Of a stretch of DNA of 64,000 nucleotides, positions 17,397 through 29,174 are shown one piece after another. The notes under the pieces were generated by a model. That model was not told where the DNA came from. It made no database searches and worked only from the letters and a program-made list of their open reading frames with translations. This DNA comes from Tubulanus polymorphus (lineage: Eukaryota; Animalia; Nemertea): the NCBI RefSeq assembly GCF_964204645.1, contig NC_134025.1, positions 8,866,001 to 8,930,000 on the forward strand. The letters run 5' to 3'. Each line of letters starts with the position of its first letter. The first letter of the stretch is position 1. A program made the translations under genes and the position numbers.

Positions 17397-17647
17397 GAAA
17401 CTGTTCGCTGGTGTCAATAACAGTTAACAACAACTGTCAATGTTCCTTCAGCACAATCAAACGTGTTCACAATTTTGCTGTAGAATTCGGACTGATTGAA
17501 CAGTTAGAGATATATGAAACATCGCGAGCAGATACAGAGTACAGATCGCTGCATTATCATCCTGTGATTGAACAGTGATTTGTTCTCTCATCTTCACAAT
17601 TCCCATCTGTCTAACTAAAACATCGTAACACTTCAACTCATCTAACC
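17397..17647. repeat. Left arm of ~250-bp diverged inverted repeat (partner 25721-25992)
   Basis: aactaaaacatcgtaacacttcaactcatctaacc is the reverse complement of ggttagatgagttgaggtgttacgatgttttagtt; similarity extends to gaaactg..tgtcaataac. Confidence 0.85.
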
Positions 17648-17895
17648 TCCCGTCCCAACCCTCCCAGACCTTCCCTCCCGCCCTCCCAGACCCCTTCCCT
17701 CCCGCCCTCCCATACCCCTTCCCTCCCGCCCTCCCAGACCCCATCCCTCCCGCCAAGCCCTCCCTCAATGTCCACCCGCCAAGCCCTCCCTCAATGCCCA
17801 CCCGCCAAGTCCTCCCTCAATGCCCACCCACCAAGCCCTCCCTCAATGCCCACCCACCAAGCCCTCCCACCAAGCCCTCCCTCAATGCCCCCCTT
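17648..17895. repeat. C-rich 24-bp minisatellite (CCCTCCCAGACCCCWTCCCTCCCG, then AAGCCCTCCCTCAATGCCCACCC variants)
   Basis: Direct inspection. Confidence 0.85.
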
Positions 17896-19471
17896 AGCTC
17901 TTTTGTCTCTTCCTATGACATCGCTCATCTGTACAATACCTCAAAAAGGATTAGCCATTTTTCACGACCATATCAATTTACTTAACAAATATAAATACAA
18001 ATACTACGATTGCATCATTCACAAGGCTCAGAGATGAAGGAATTCAAATGATCAAATACCAAGTTCACAAACTTATCACAGTGTCGAAAATTACAAGGCC
18101 TCATTTCTATAGATGATTCCTTTATCCATTGGTCACCAAACAAGGGCCGTGAACTTTGACTCTTATCAGGTATTTATTCAAATTATAATTTTTTCTCAGC
18201 CGTCCAATAAGTAAGTATATGACTATACACTGGTATTATGTTGGGGAATGTCCAAATCAATTTAAGTTTCACGGAATGTTGTTGTAAATGGATTACATTT
18301 ATCAAATAGAGTGAGTTGTAGTGGTCTTTATTTATATCATCAAACCAAACCTTAGAAACTAAACTAGCATTGTTGTAAGGGAGGGAGGTATGGAGGGTTC
18401 ACCAGAACCAGACAAAACCTCTACACTCACAATGTTGTGTGGAGGGCAAACACAAACTATAAGGACAAGAATGATGGCCGATTCGGATAGATCAAATGAT
18501 GGCCGATTCGGATAGATCAAAAACTAACAAGGCTATTCATGTTGCTTCACGAATTCATCATTCTCATTATGAAACCAATTTGTGGACCAATGACAGTTGA
18601 TAGTCATATTAGACATTTGTATCTCTCTACTACTACTACTACTGCTAGAGGCTTTATATGAGCATGGACGTATAAACTAGATTATATGTCTAGTTTATAT
18701 GTCAATGATATGAGCAAGTTGTTTTATGGAGTCCTTTTCATAAGGTTAATTAATCGATGTTTATAGACTGCCTATGTCTATATGTTACAAAATAGATCAT
18801 AAATAATCTGTTTCATTATCTTTTTAAGTTACACTTGAACCCAGCGGAACGAATAAAACTATATTTCATCATTTGCCATTTTTCCTTTTTACTTTTTCAC
18901 TCTTTTTTGTTTCAGCACACATAATTTTTTTTGAGTCGAGGTAGGAATAGACCCCTGCCCACCCTCTAAGCGTGCAGGACACTAAACCTTCGAATTGCTC
19001 TCGGACCCCACTCATATTCTTCTCTGTGCTTTTGAGTCGAGGTAGGAATAGACCTCTGCCCGCCATCTAGGCCAGCAATTTATACTGTTTTACATTTGCT
19101 CCATATTTTCTTTTCATATGGCCTTTTCTTAATATTGGCATTTCTTATTGTACCATATGTCTTCTCACTGGCACTCACTAGTTCCAACTGGGTTCATTAG
19201 GATCATATTTATATGTCAAATTTATATGTCAAATTTATATGTCTTTAGAGATAAGCAGCAATAACATGTTTGTTAATTCAGAGAAACCCTCAAAGCTGCC
19301 AATAAAACCAGTAGTAGCAGCAGCACTGATATACAATATTGTATACAGATGACTCTTACATTAAGAACGTCATTTGTTCCACATAAATCATTTCATCCTC
19401 AAATAGATTCGTGAAGACAACAGAAATGAATTGTGTTCTTATAGACTTTCATAGCTTTCGACATTTCATTC

Positions 19472-20355
19472 ATGGCCCTGGTTTGGTGACCAAAGATTCA
19501 AAGCTTGGTTCACGGCCCTGGTTTAGTGACCTAAGAGCAAAATATTTGGTTCGCGGCCCTGGTTTGGTGACCTGAGAGTCAAAGTTTGGTCATGGCCCGG
19601 TTTGTTGACCATAGAGCCTAAGTTTGGTCCATGGATCTGTTTCAGTGACCTAGAAGTCCAAGTTTGGTTCACTGCTCTGGTTTGGTGAGAAAAGAGTCAA
19701 TGTTTGGTTCACGGCCCTGGTTAGGTGACCGAGGCTTAAAAGTTTGGTTCACGGCCCTGGTTTGGTGACCTAAGAGTCAGTGTGGTTCACAGCCCTGGTT
19801 TGGTGACCAAAGAATCAAAGTTAGGTTCATGGCCCTGGTTTGGTGACCAAATATTCAAAGTTTGGTTCCCAGCCCTGGTTTGGTGACCAAAGTGTCCATT
19901 CGGTTTACAGCCCTAGTTTGGTGACCTAAGATTCAAAGTTTGGTTCCTGGCTCTGGTTTGGTGACCAAAGAGTCAAAGTTTGGTCCATTGTTCTGTTTTG
20001 GTGATCTAATAGTCAGTTTGGTTCATGGCCCTGGTTTGGTGACCAGAGTCAACATTTGGTCCATGGTTCTGTTATGGCGACCTAAGAGTCAAAGTTTGGT
20101 TCACAGCCCTGGTTTGGTGACCAAAGATTTAACGTTTGGTTCACAGCCCTGTTTCAGTGACCTAAGAGTCATAGTTTCGTTCCCAGCCCTGGTTTGGTGA
20201 CTTAAGAGTCATAGTTTTGTTCACGGCCCTGGTTTGTTGACCAAAAAGTCAAATTTTGGTTCACGGCCCTGGTTTGGTAACCAGAAAGTCAAATTTTGGT
20301 TCACTGCCCTGTTTTGGTGACCAGCGAGTCAAAGTTTGGTCCACGGCCCTGGTTT
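19472..20355 (+). repeat. ~40-bp tandem array (GGCCCTGGTTTGGTGACCAAAGAGTCAAAGTTTGGTTCAC), ~22 units
   Basis: Direct inspection; no unique spacers. Confidence 0.95.
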
Positions 20356-21654
20356 GATAACATTAGAATAAATTTGGTTTGCATTGATAAAATTTAAAAT
20401 ACCGTACTTACACTGCAGAGGATGAAATAACTTTCAAATAAACTGATATGATCGTGAAAAATGGCAAAATAATCTAACTGTCACAAATAAAAATATGTTT
20501 CCTCGGATTTGCGCAGTTTATTCTACGTTTCAACTTAATTCTAATATTCATCTTCAGGAACGAGAAATATGGCTGCAAAGCAGCGATAACGGGTTTTCTG
20601 CTTTAATGATTCGGCGATCTTGAACAACTAGCAATAACGGGTTTTCTGCATTTAATGATTCCGCAATCTTGAACAACTTGGAAGCGATAAAATCCGTATT
20701 GAATTAAAATCCGTATTGAAATCCGAATCGTAGTCTGTAGCATTCAATTGGTGCTGCCGATGAATCACTGCCGCTGATTCATATGGAATCGTGGGTAGTT
20801 GTTAGTTGCTAATTGCCATATGCCATTGCTAGTTTGCCTATTGATAATTGCTTGTTCGTCTGCTAGCGCCACCTCAGTGTATATTTCTGTTATATGATTA
20901 TCAAAAAGATGATACCCAGCATAAAACCATCCTCCCCGGCAGGGATTCGAACCTGATGGCATTTCATTTTGGCCCGGGTTTTCCCATTTATTGTTCTTAC
21001 GTGACATTTACCTCAGCGATTATATAACCAGCAATCTGATTGGTGCCACAAATTTGTGTTGTTAGGCAAAGCTGCGCATGTAGGCCTACCTGCGCACCCC
21101 GTCTGGCTGAGTATAGCGATGGTATCAGGTTCGAATCCCTGCCTGAGGAGGATGGTATAAAACCAAAGTATATAAGATCGAAAGAAGCCAAGGGTATCTT
21201 ATTCAACTAAAAATATATTTATGATGATTACTTTTGGATGATTCCTGGACCAGACCAGGTCAAGAGCACTACTGACTGAGCGGACTGATGCGCGTACCTG
21301 TGGCGAGGCCGCAGCAGCGGGGGCATTCCAAGTATGTAAAAATGAAGAAAATGGTGAAATTTATCTATCGCCATTGTTCCAGAAAAGTACCCTTGGGTCG
21401 GGTACCTGGACTAATGACTTAATAATTGGGTAATAATGAAAATAATAATCAGCATAATTATAATAATAGAATATACTTTTATACAGCGCTATTTTCTAAA
21501 AAAGACTCATCGCGCTTTGAATAAAACACTAATTCAACCCCCAAGATAAAATTATGGTGGCTGATTCGGGCCAAGTTTAAAAAAATAATTCAGTGCAATA
21601 TATGCAATTGTGCATTTCTATGCGATGATTCCTCATTTCTGCGCCCACCTAAAT

Positions 21655-22446
21655 GACTCACAGGTCACCAAACCAGGGGCGTGAACCAAACATTGAATCA
21701 TTGGTCACCAAACCAGGGCCGTGAACCAAACATTGAATCATTGGTCACCAAACCAGGGCCGTGAACCAAATGTTGACTCTCAGGTCACCAAACCAGGGCA
21801 GTGAACCAAGCGTTGACTCTTTAGTCCCCAAACCAGGGCAGTGAACCAAGCGTTGACTGTTTGGTCACCGAACCAGGGCCATCAACTAAACGTTGAATCT
21901 TTGGTTACCAAACCAGGGCCGTGAACCAAATATTGACTCTCAGGTCACCAAACCAGGGCCGTGAACAAAACTTTGACTATGGTCACCAAACCAGGGCAGT
22001 GAACCAAACTTTGAATCTTTGGTCACCAAACCAGGGGCATGCACCAAGCGTTGACTCTTTGGTCACCAAACCAGGGCCATCAACTAAACGTTGAATCTTT
22101 GGTCACCAAACCAGGGTCGTGAACCAAACTTTGAATCTTTGGTCACCAAACCAGGGCTGTGAACCAAACTTTGAATCTTTGGTCACCAAACCAGGGTCGT
22201 GAAACAAACTTTAATCTTTGGACACCAAACCAGGGGCATGAACCAAACTTTTAATCTTTGGTCACCAAACCAGGGCCATGAACCAAACAATTACTCTTTG
22301 GTCACCAAACCATGACTATGAACCAATGTTGACTCTTTGGTCACCAAACCAGGCCCTTGAACCAAACGTTTACTCTTTTGTCACCAAACCAGGACCATGA
22401 ACCAAACTTTGACTCTCAGGTCACCAAACCAAGACCATAAACCAAA
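21655..22446 (-). repeat. Same ~40-bp array in inverted orientation, ~20 units
   Basis: Unit GGTCACCAAACCAGGGCCGTGAACCAAACTTTGACTCTTT is the reverse complement of the 19472-20355 unit. Confidence 0.95.
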
Positions 22447-25400
22447 GGACTCTCATATTTCGTTATTAGCGGCTTAGAAACGGAATCAAATCTTTTTAGC
22501 CTAACTGTAGGACTATCCCTGACATGACGCACCATCACCATTGAACTGTCAATGTGATGTTTGATGTGCAGTAAAAAAATACATATTGAGGTGGCGCTAT
22601 TGAAAAAATGCTCCACTGGCAATGAACATTTGACGACAAACATTTGACAACTAGCAATTGGCAATTTACAACTAGCAACTAGCAACTGACAACTAGCAAC
22701 TAGCATGCCCCTTTAGCGCTTCCATAGATACCAGCGCGGGGTTGTGGACAAGCAAATTTAATGAACTGTATAAATTTGAATACTTTCAATCTGAGACCGA
22801 TTTTTTCTTCAACATGGGAGCGTTAAATCTTTACGATAAAGGTTTACGGCTCGACAGCGCTTTTATGACGGTGATTCATCGGAATATAGCCGCAGCATTT
22901 GCACTTAAGGATCCTGATGATTTTATCGGAATCATATTTTTCGTAAGGTACATATTTCACACATAAGTCTCATGGGTTCGAAGCCCGCTCGTAAAATTGG
23001 AAGCAATAAATATTCATTGGATTGCATTTTAATCAATGAATACGAATATTAATTACACTCTAACCATTTCTATGGTACATGGAGGAAAAAACAGTAAAAC
23101 ATAATTAATTAATTGACGCATTTCATACAAATAACTCACTAAGATCTTAAATAATTCCCATCACAGAAATAATCTTAGATCCATAACTAAGATGTATAAA
23201 TGTGCTTCCAGTATGTGAGTGGACCCCTAGGTGGCGCTCCTTAGAAGAGCCGTTCATTCTTATGAACTGATATTGACTAAACCTTTGTACGCCTCTTAGT
23301 ACGACATTTAATCCAGAAAGGCAGAAACCCGTTATCAGCTTTGCGGTTATATTCTTAGATCCGTAACTAAGATGTATAAATGCGCTTTATCAAGTGAACT
23401 ACTCACTCAAAGTAGTGGGAAGGGGCTGTGAAAACTCAAGGTAAAACTTGATAAGGCTCAAAAATATTTCCTGATATAAGTTCCTGATATTCCTGGTATA
23501 ATTAGTTCACAGGGCCTTTTTTTCTGTTGAGAAAACAAGAAGTCTCAGCTTGAAATATACTGATGTCAATGAAATCTATTCATTAATGTGAAAGTTGCTG
23601 GATGTATGATAGAGCAATAGTCACTCTGTCTTTGTCAATCCGTGTCATCATTGTTCCACCTATAAATCGTACAGTCGTTCCACCTACAAATTGAACAGTT
23701 TATTTCAGAAAATGTGTCCCCTCTTTGTGAAAACACTAGGATAACTAACTCCTATGTATATTCATCTATCTGCAAAAAATTATATCTGTGCCGCGTATTG
23801 CTGAAGGCAAATGAAGAGAATCTGAAAATTGATTTAAGTGATTACTACCCGAAGCGTCCTGGGCATATCATTTACGAGAAATAAAAATTCTATATTCAGT
23901 TGAAATATATCTCAACATATTATGTCGAGTTATTATTATTAATTCATTTATGATTAATAAAAAGTTTAGCTGAATTTAATGTCGAGTTATTATCTCCACA
24001 TATATTTATTAAAGATTAATAAAGGGTTCCGCTGATTTTATGTCGACTTATATCTCAGCATAAAAATCATTTACGATCAGTAAAACGTTTTTCTGACTCT
24101 ATGTTGAGTTATTAGCCACGTTCACACGACAACTAGTTAGACCGGTCTAAATGGGTCTGTACCGGTCTAGATTTGGACCGGACCAAATTTTGGTGAGCCT
24201 TCACACGGTGTTTGACACGCGTTGATAATATCGCCTGTCACCGGGCCCACAAGATGTCGCCATCTGCTAAATAGCTAACTGGGCCTGGATGAAATCTTGC
24301 TTCCAGATTCCAAGTAGAGCAAGACATTAGACAAATTTGATCCTCTGTCAGGTTTAGACATTTTTGCGAATTCGATCTTATTCTATCGAGCTGAAACTCA
24401 GTGTCGTTTAAACGTGATTCAAAACACGGAATTAAAACGGATGATGATCGCGACATACAAATACGAATATTTGTTACGCTCCAAACTTTTCCATGGTATA
24501 GGGAGGAAAAAACTTAAACTTAAACTTAAACTAATTACATCAACGGTAATAAAAGCATTTAAAACTTAAAAAAGAACGCGCCTATTATCTCGACATAAAA
24601 AAATTGACTACAATGATAAAATTGGATTTATGTCGCGATAATAACTCGACATAAAATCACATTTCTGTCTGGGGGGGTCTGGGCATCCCCCTTACGGAAT
24701 ATTGAAAAATGAGATGAATGTGGTTGCATTCTAAGCACTTTCCTGGTTGAAATTAGGAATGCAATACACTCACAATTTCAAGTCTTGGGGGGAAAATTCT
24801 AAGATCATTCGGTCAAAAAAAGGGAACACGCCCCCCACAACCCCTCCCGGATCTGCCACTGAACGTGGACAGCACTTCGACAACAATCTTCTAAGTCCTT
24901 AGGCTGCAGTCCTCCTTCTACAGTCAGTATTTCGAAGGAGCATATAAGAAGGAGCATATACCGCAGTTATTACATAAATAATTGTCGATAAATTGAATTG
25001 CTCATTAAGCTATATTTCAACCGCAATCAGGGAGCAATTTCAAAAATCATTAAAGTAAATTATTAATCATTCGTGGCCAACTTGAATAACAGCCCTAGAA
25101 AATTGAAAAGTTCCCATTCAAAAATCAGGGGCAATTATCTCTTAATGATTTTAAGAGAAGCGACAGTGAAATTACGCGCTCTAACCGGGGATCGAAACCG
25201 GGTCTCGTAGGAGGCAATCGCGCTATGGACCAGCAAAACTAATAGAACTAGTCTGTTTAACCAGCTTGTCATAAGCAAAGTGACTTTAAATTACATGTTC
25301 AAGTCCTGTGTGACGATGCCTAACAGTAAAGGTGTTTTATACTAATTCTTTTGGTTATTAGAATACAATAAAAAATGGGACACATTTTCTGAAATGACTA

Positions 25401-25484
25401 AAAATAACTATAACGACTGTACCTGACCCTAAATCCCCACCGACCTAAACCCTTCACCCCTCCCTCCAAAGTCCTACCACCACT

Positions 25485-25715
25485 CATCCTCCCAGACCCC
25501 ATCCCTGATCCCCACCCTCCCAGACCCCATCCCTCCCGCCCTCCCGCCCTCCCAGACCCCTTCCCTCCCGCCCTCCCAGACCCCATCCCTCCCACCCTCC
25601 CAGGCCCCATCCCTCCCGCCCTCCCAGACCCCTTCCCTCCCGCCCTCCCAGACCCCATCCCTCCCACCCTCCCTCTACCCCTGCCTCCCCCCAACCCTAC
25701 CCACCCGCCCCGAAC
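25485..25715. repeat. C-rich 24-bp minisatellite, same unit and same strand as 17648-17760
   Basis: CCCTCCCAGACCCCATCCCTCCCG repeats. Confidence 0.85.
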
Positions 25716-25720
25716 CCTGC

Positions 25721-25992
25721 GGTTAGATGAGTTGAGGTGTTACGATGTTTTAGTTAGATGGATGGGAATAGTGAAGATGAGAGAACAAATCACTGTTCAA
25801 TCACAGGATGAAGTAATGCAGTAATCTGTCTCCTGTATCTGCACACAATGTTTACATGTATCTGTAACAACTGTTCAATCAGTCCGAAATCTACAGCAGT
25901 ATAATGTAGAGAAATTGTAAAGACATCCAATTGTGGCGAAGGAACGTGACTGATTGATAACAGTTGTGTTATTGACATCAGGGACCAGTTTC
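25721..25992. repeat. Right arm of inverted repeat (partner 17397-17647)
   Basis: Reverse-complement match to left arm. Confidence 0.85.
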
Positions 25993-26202
25993 ATATTGAA
26001 AATAACATTTAATTTGATCAATCCTTACCAAATATACACCACCGATATAAAAGACAATTGAATGGATTCAATAAAAAAATGTAAAACACAGATTCCATTT
26101 CAAAACATGGTTTCATAACAAAGACTATAAAACTGGTCCCTTATAATCAAATCAACAACCGATAAATAAGAGATAAATGTAACTTATCTTAAATTTCTAT
26201 TC

Positions 26203-26535
26203 AGTGAATCCTGATGTCCTGTGCAGAATCCATGACAGTCTTATTGTAAAACAGTGATTTCGGATGTCCTGTGCAGAATCCATGAGTCATATTGTAAAAC
26301 AGTGATTCCTGATGTCCTGTGCAGAATCCAAGGAAGTCTGATTGTAAAGCAATGTTACCTTGTCCTGTATTTAATCCAATTAAGTCATGTTAAGTGCTGA
26401 TTCCTTGTACTGTATTGAATCCAATTAAGTACCGGTATTACTGTAAAGCACAGATTCCGGTTGTCCAACGCCGATTCCAAGAAAGTCTTATTTGTAACAC
26501 ACTGATTCCTTGTTGTCCTGTACTGAATCCAAGTT
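26203..26535. repeat. Degenerating ~48-bp tandem repeat
   Basis: gattcctgatgtcctgtgcagaatccatga..cttattgtaaaacagt units recur with increasing divergence. Confidence 0.75.
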
Positions 26536-27694
26536 CCCATTGTAGAGATACCTATGGTAGACAAATCAACGAATGTTTTCTTTCCTTAGATAACTGCAGG
26601 ATTATCAAATTCAAAATTCAAACTTACAAATTAAATTGTTCGCTCCAATCTGTAGTTCATTTAGTCCAGGGCTTTCTATCTACCGTTTAGGTTTTGCTTC
26701 CAGAGTTCAACATCAAACATAAAAGATAGTAATGAAGATAGATGAATAGATGAATATTATCTGTTTCTGAAACTGATGAAAACATTCAAGATGAAATAAA
26801 CTTACACAGTTTTCACTGTTTCTGATGTCAATTCTTTATAAAACGGTTGAACACATCTACAAATGAAAGCAGAAAGTATTTAAAAATTGATACTGAATAA
26901 AAACAGAATAAATCCATAAAACCAGGTAAAACTAATTCACTGAATATCATTTATGAACATATTAGGCCCACAACATAGCCAAACCCATGGTCAAGAAATA
27001 TCAGAGTCAGATGACTGTCAGCCCTTGAGGTTTTGGGCCCCATATTCTAAATTCGGTGATCCGCACCTCTCCGCATAAACGGTTCAATCAATTACATTAA
27101 ATATCATTGTTTCAGATTCAAAATGTCATCAGCAATTCACATTGCCATTGGTTAATTTTAAGATATCTTCACTAGAGAGAATAGAAAGATTTTAGCCTGG
27201 ATTCTGTCATTCAGCAGATTGCGTCAATCACGAGAGGTGCTTTGGATCTGCACTTATACCCTACATTCCTAGATCCACCCTTGTCAGTAAATTATGGGCC
27301 CTTTCAGTTTTTCAACTTGTCTTGCTTGACTGATTTTCACCATGTGCACCTAGACTCACCTCTGAAATATGATTACCCACAATATCTAAGATGAAATATT
27401 TTTCGTCATGATATCCCTAATGTTACGATTACTTATCGAATATTGAAATACTGATTTCTGGGTTCTTTCTGGGGCTGTTTATGTTTGAAATTAGGGGAGG
27501 TTTTTGCTTGTCGCGATAGTTGAGTACGCCATCTTGATATTGATATTGATGTGTTGATAGTGTCTCAGATTCCCGCGCTGCCGCGCTTTCAAAATGTGCA
27601 ATGTCGATATCGAGTTTCAATCGAGGTCGAATCCTGGCAGAGGTGATCTCAGGTGCAGGTCTCAGAAATCACCGGTCCCCTGAATTACGATTAT

Positions 27695-28615
27695 TCTGGG
27701 GTCTTTGGGCGTCAATTAGACCCCAAGGAGCCCTTGCACCGGGCAACAACTATATACTGGACTGTAGCTCTTGAATAGATGTATCTTCTCTGAAAATTTC
27801 AGAGACTTTGACCGTTTTGTATTTTATTTATGAATTTATTTATAATATTTTTGTTATTTTGGGGTTTTGGGGTCAATTAAACCCCCAAGGAGCCCTTGCA
27901 CTGGGCAACAACTATATACTGGGCTGTAGCTCTCGAATAGTTCTATCTTCTCTGAAAGTTTCAGAGACTTTGACCGTTTTGTATTTTTCTTGTTATTTCT
28001 AAACATTATTTTTGATATTTTGGAGTCTTTGGGCGTCAATAAGACCCCCCAAGGAGTCCCTGCACCAGGCAACAACTATATACTGGACTGTAGCTCTCGA
28101 ATAGTTCTATCTTCTCTGAAAGTTTCAGAGACTTTGACCGTTTTGTATTTTTCTTGTTATTTCTAAACATTATTTTTGATATTTTGGAGTCTTTGGGCGT
28201 CAATTAGACCCCCAAGGAGCCCTTGCACCGGGCAACAATTATATACTGGGCTGTAGCTCTCGAATAGTTCTATCTTCTCTGAAAGTTTCAGAGACTTTGA
28301 CCGTTTTGTATTTTACTTATTTATTTCTTATTTTTGATATCTTGGGGTCTTTGGGCGTCAATTAGACCCCTAAAGAGCCCCTGCACCGGGCAACAACTTC
28401 ATACTGGACCGTAGCTCTTGTTTAGGTCTATCTTTTCTGAAAGTTTCAGAGACTTTGACCGTTTTGTATTTTATTTATGAATTTATTTATTTTTTTGACA
28501 ATATTTTCGTTATTTTGGGGTCAAGTAGACCCCCAAGGAGCCCTTGCACCAGGCGAAAATTATAAACACCGGGCTGTAACTCTTGCATAGCTCTATCTTC
28601 GATGGAAATTTCGGG
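27695..28615. repeat. ~162-bp tandem satellite, ~6 units
   Basis: gtcaattagaccccaaggagcccttgcacc recurs at ~27711, 27872, 28036, 28199, 28357, 28520. Confidence 0.9.
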
Positions 28616-29174
28616 AAAATCGGCCCTAATGAGGTCTCCATAGAGACCGGGAACCAGTCTACGTTGCTGCCGAGCCCGGTTCCGTGTCCGTACAATAACA
28701 ACTACAAATGAATTAGATAATAATAATAGGTAATAAATTTGAATCGAGTGATGAAATAAATTTGAATCGAGTGATACCGAATCCAGTGCTCGCTTCACAA
28801 CGGTCAGGTGTGGTGGGTCTGTAAGGGACACTCAATCGAAAAATCAAACGAAATTTACCAACCAAATAATATAAATAACAGGGACAATCCATATTTTAAG
28901 ATAAAAAAACCAGAGATAACCTGGGCAAAACTACTCATGAAAATTCAATTGTTACATTGTTTCTGGAATAGTACAGAATTCTGGTTTTAAGCATATATAT
29001 ATCCTGTGGCTACGGGCTTGAGCTGGGTCAGTTACATTTGGAGTTCGCTTTTTGAATATCTCAACAGCATTTGACATCCCTGCAATTAAAATTAAACACA
29101 ACTTTTTGTATTTGAAAAACCATGAAAAAACTACAAGAAAAATCCAAGACACAGGAAAACCTTATCTACAGTAA

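Noticed and set aside
17457-18037. Gly-rich and Pro-rich ORFs (also 25398-25694)
   Set aside because: Translations of the C/G-rich minisatellite
19472-22446. CRISPR-like appearance of 40-bp arrays
   Set aside because: Variable parts are diverged copies of one sequence, not unique spacers; no cas genes; eukaryotic context
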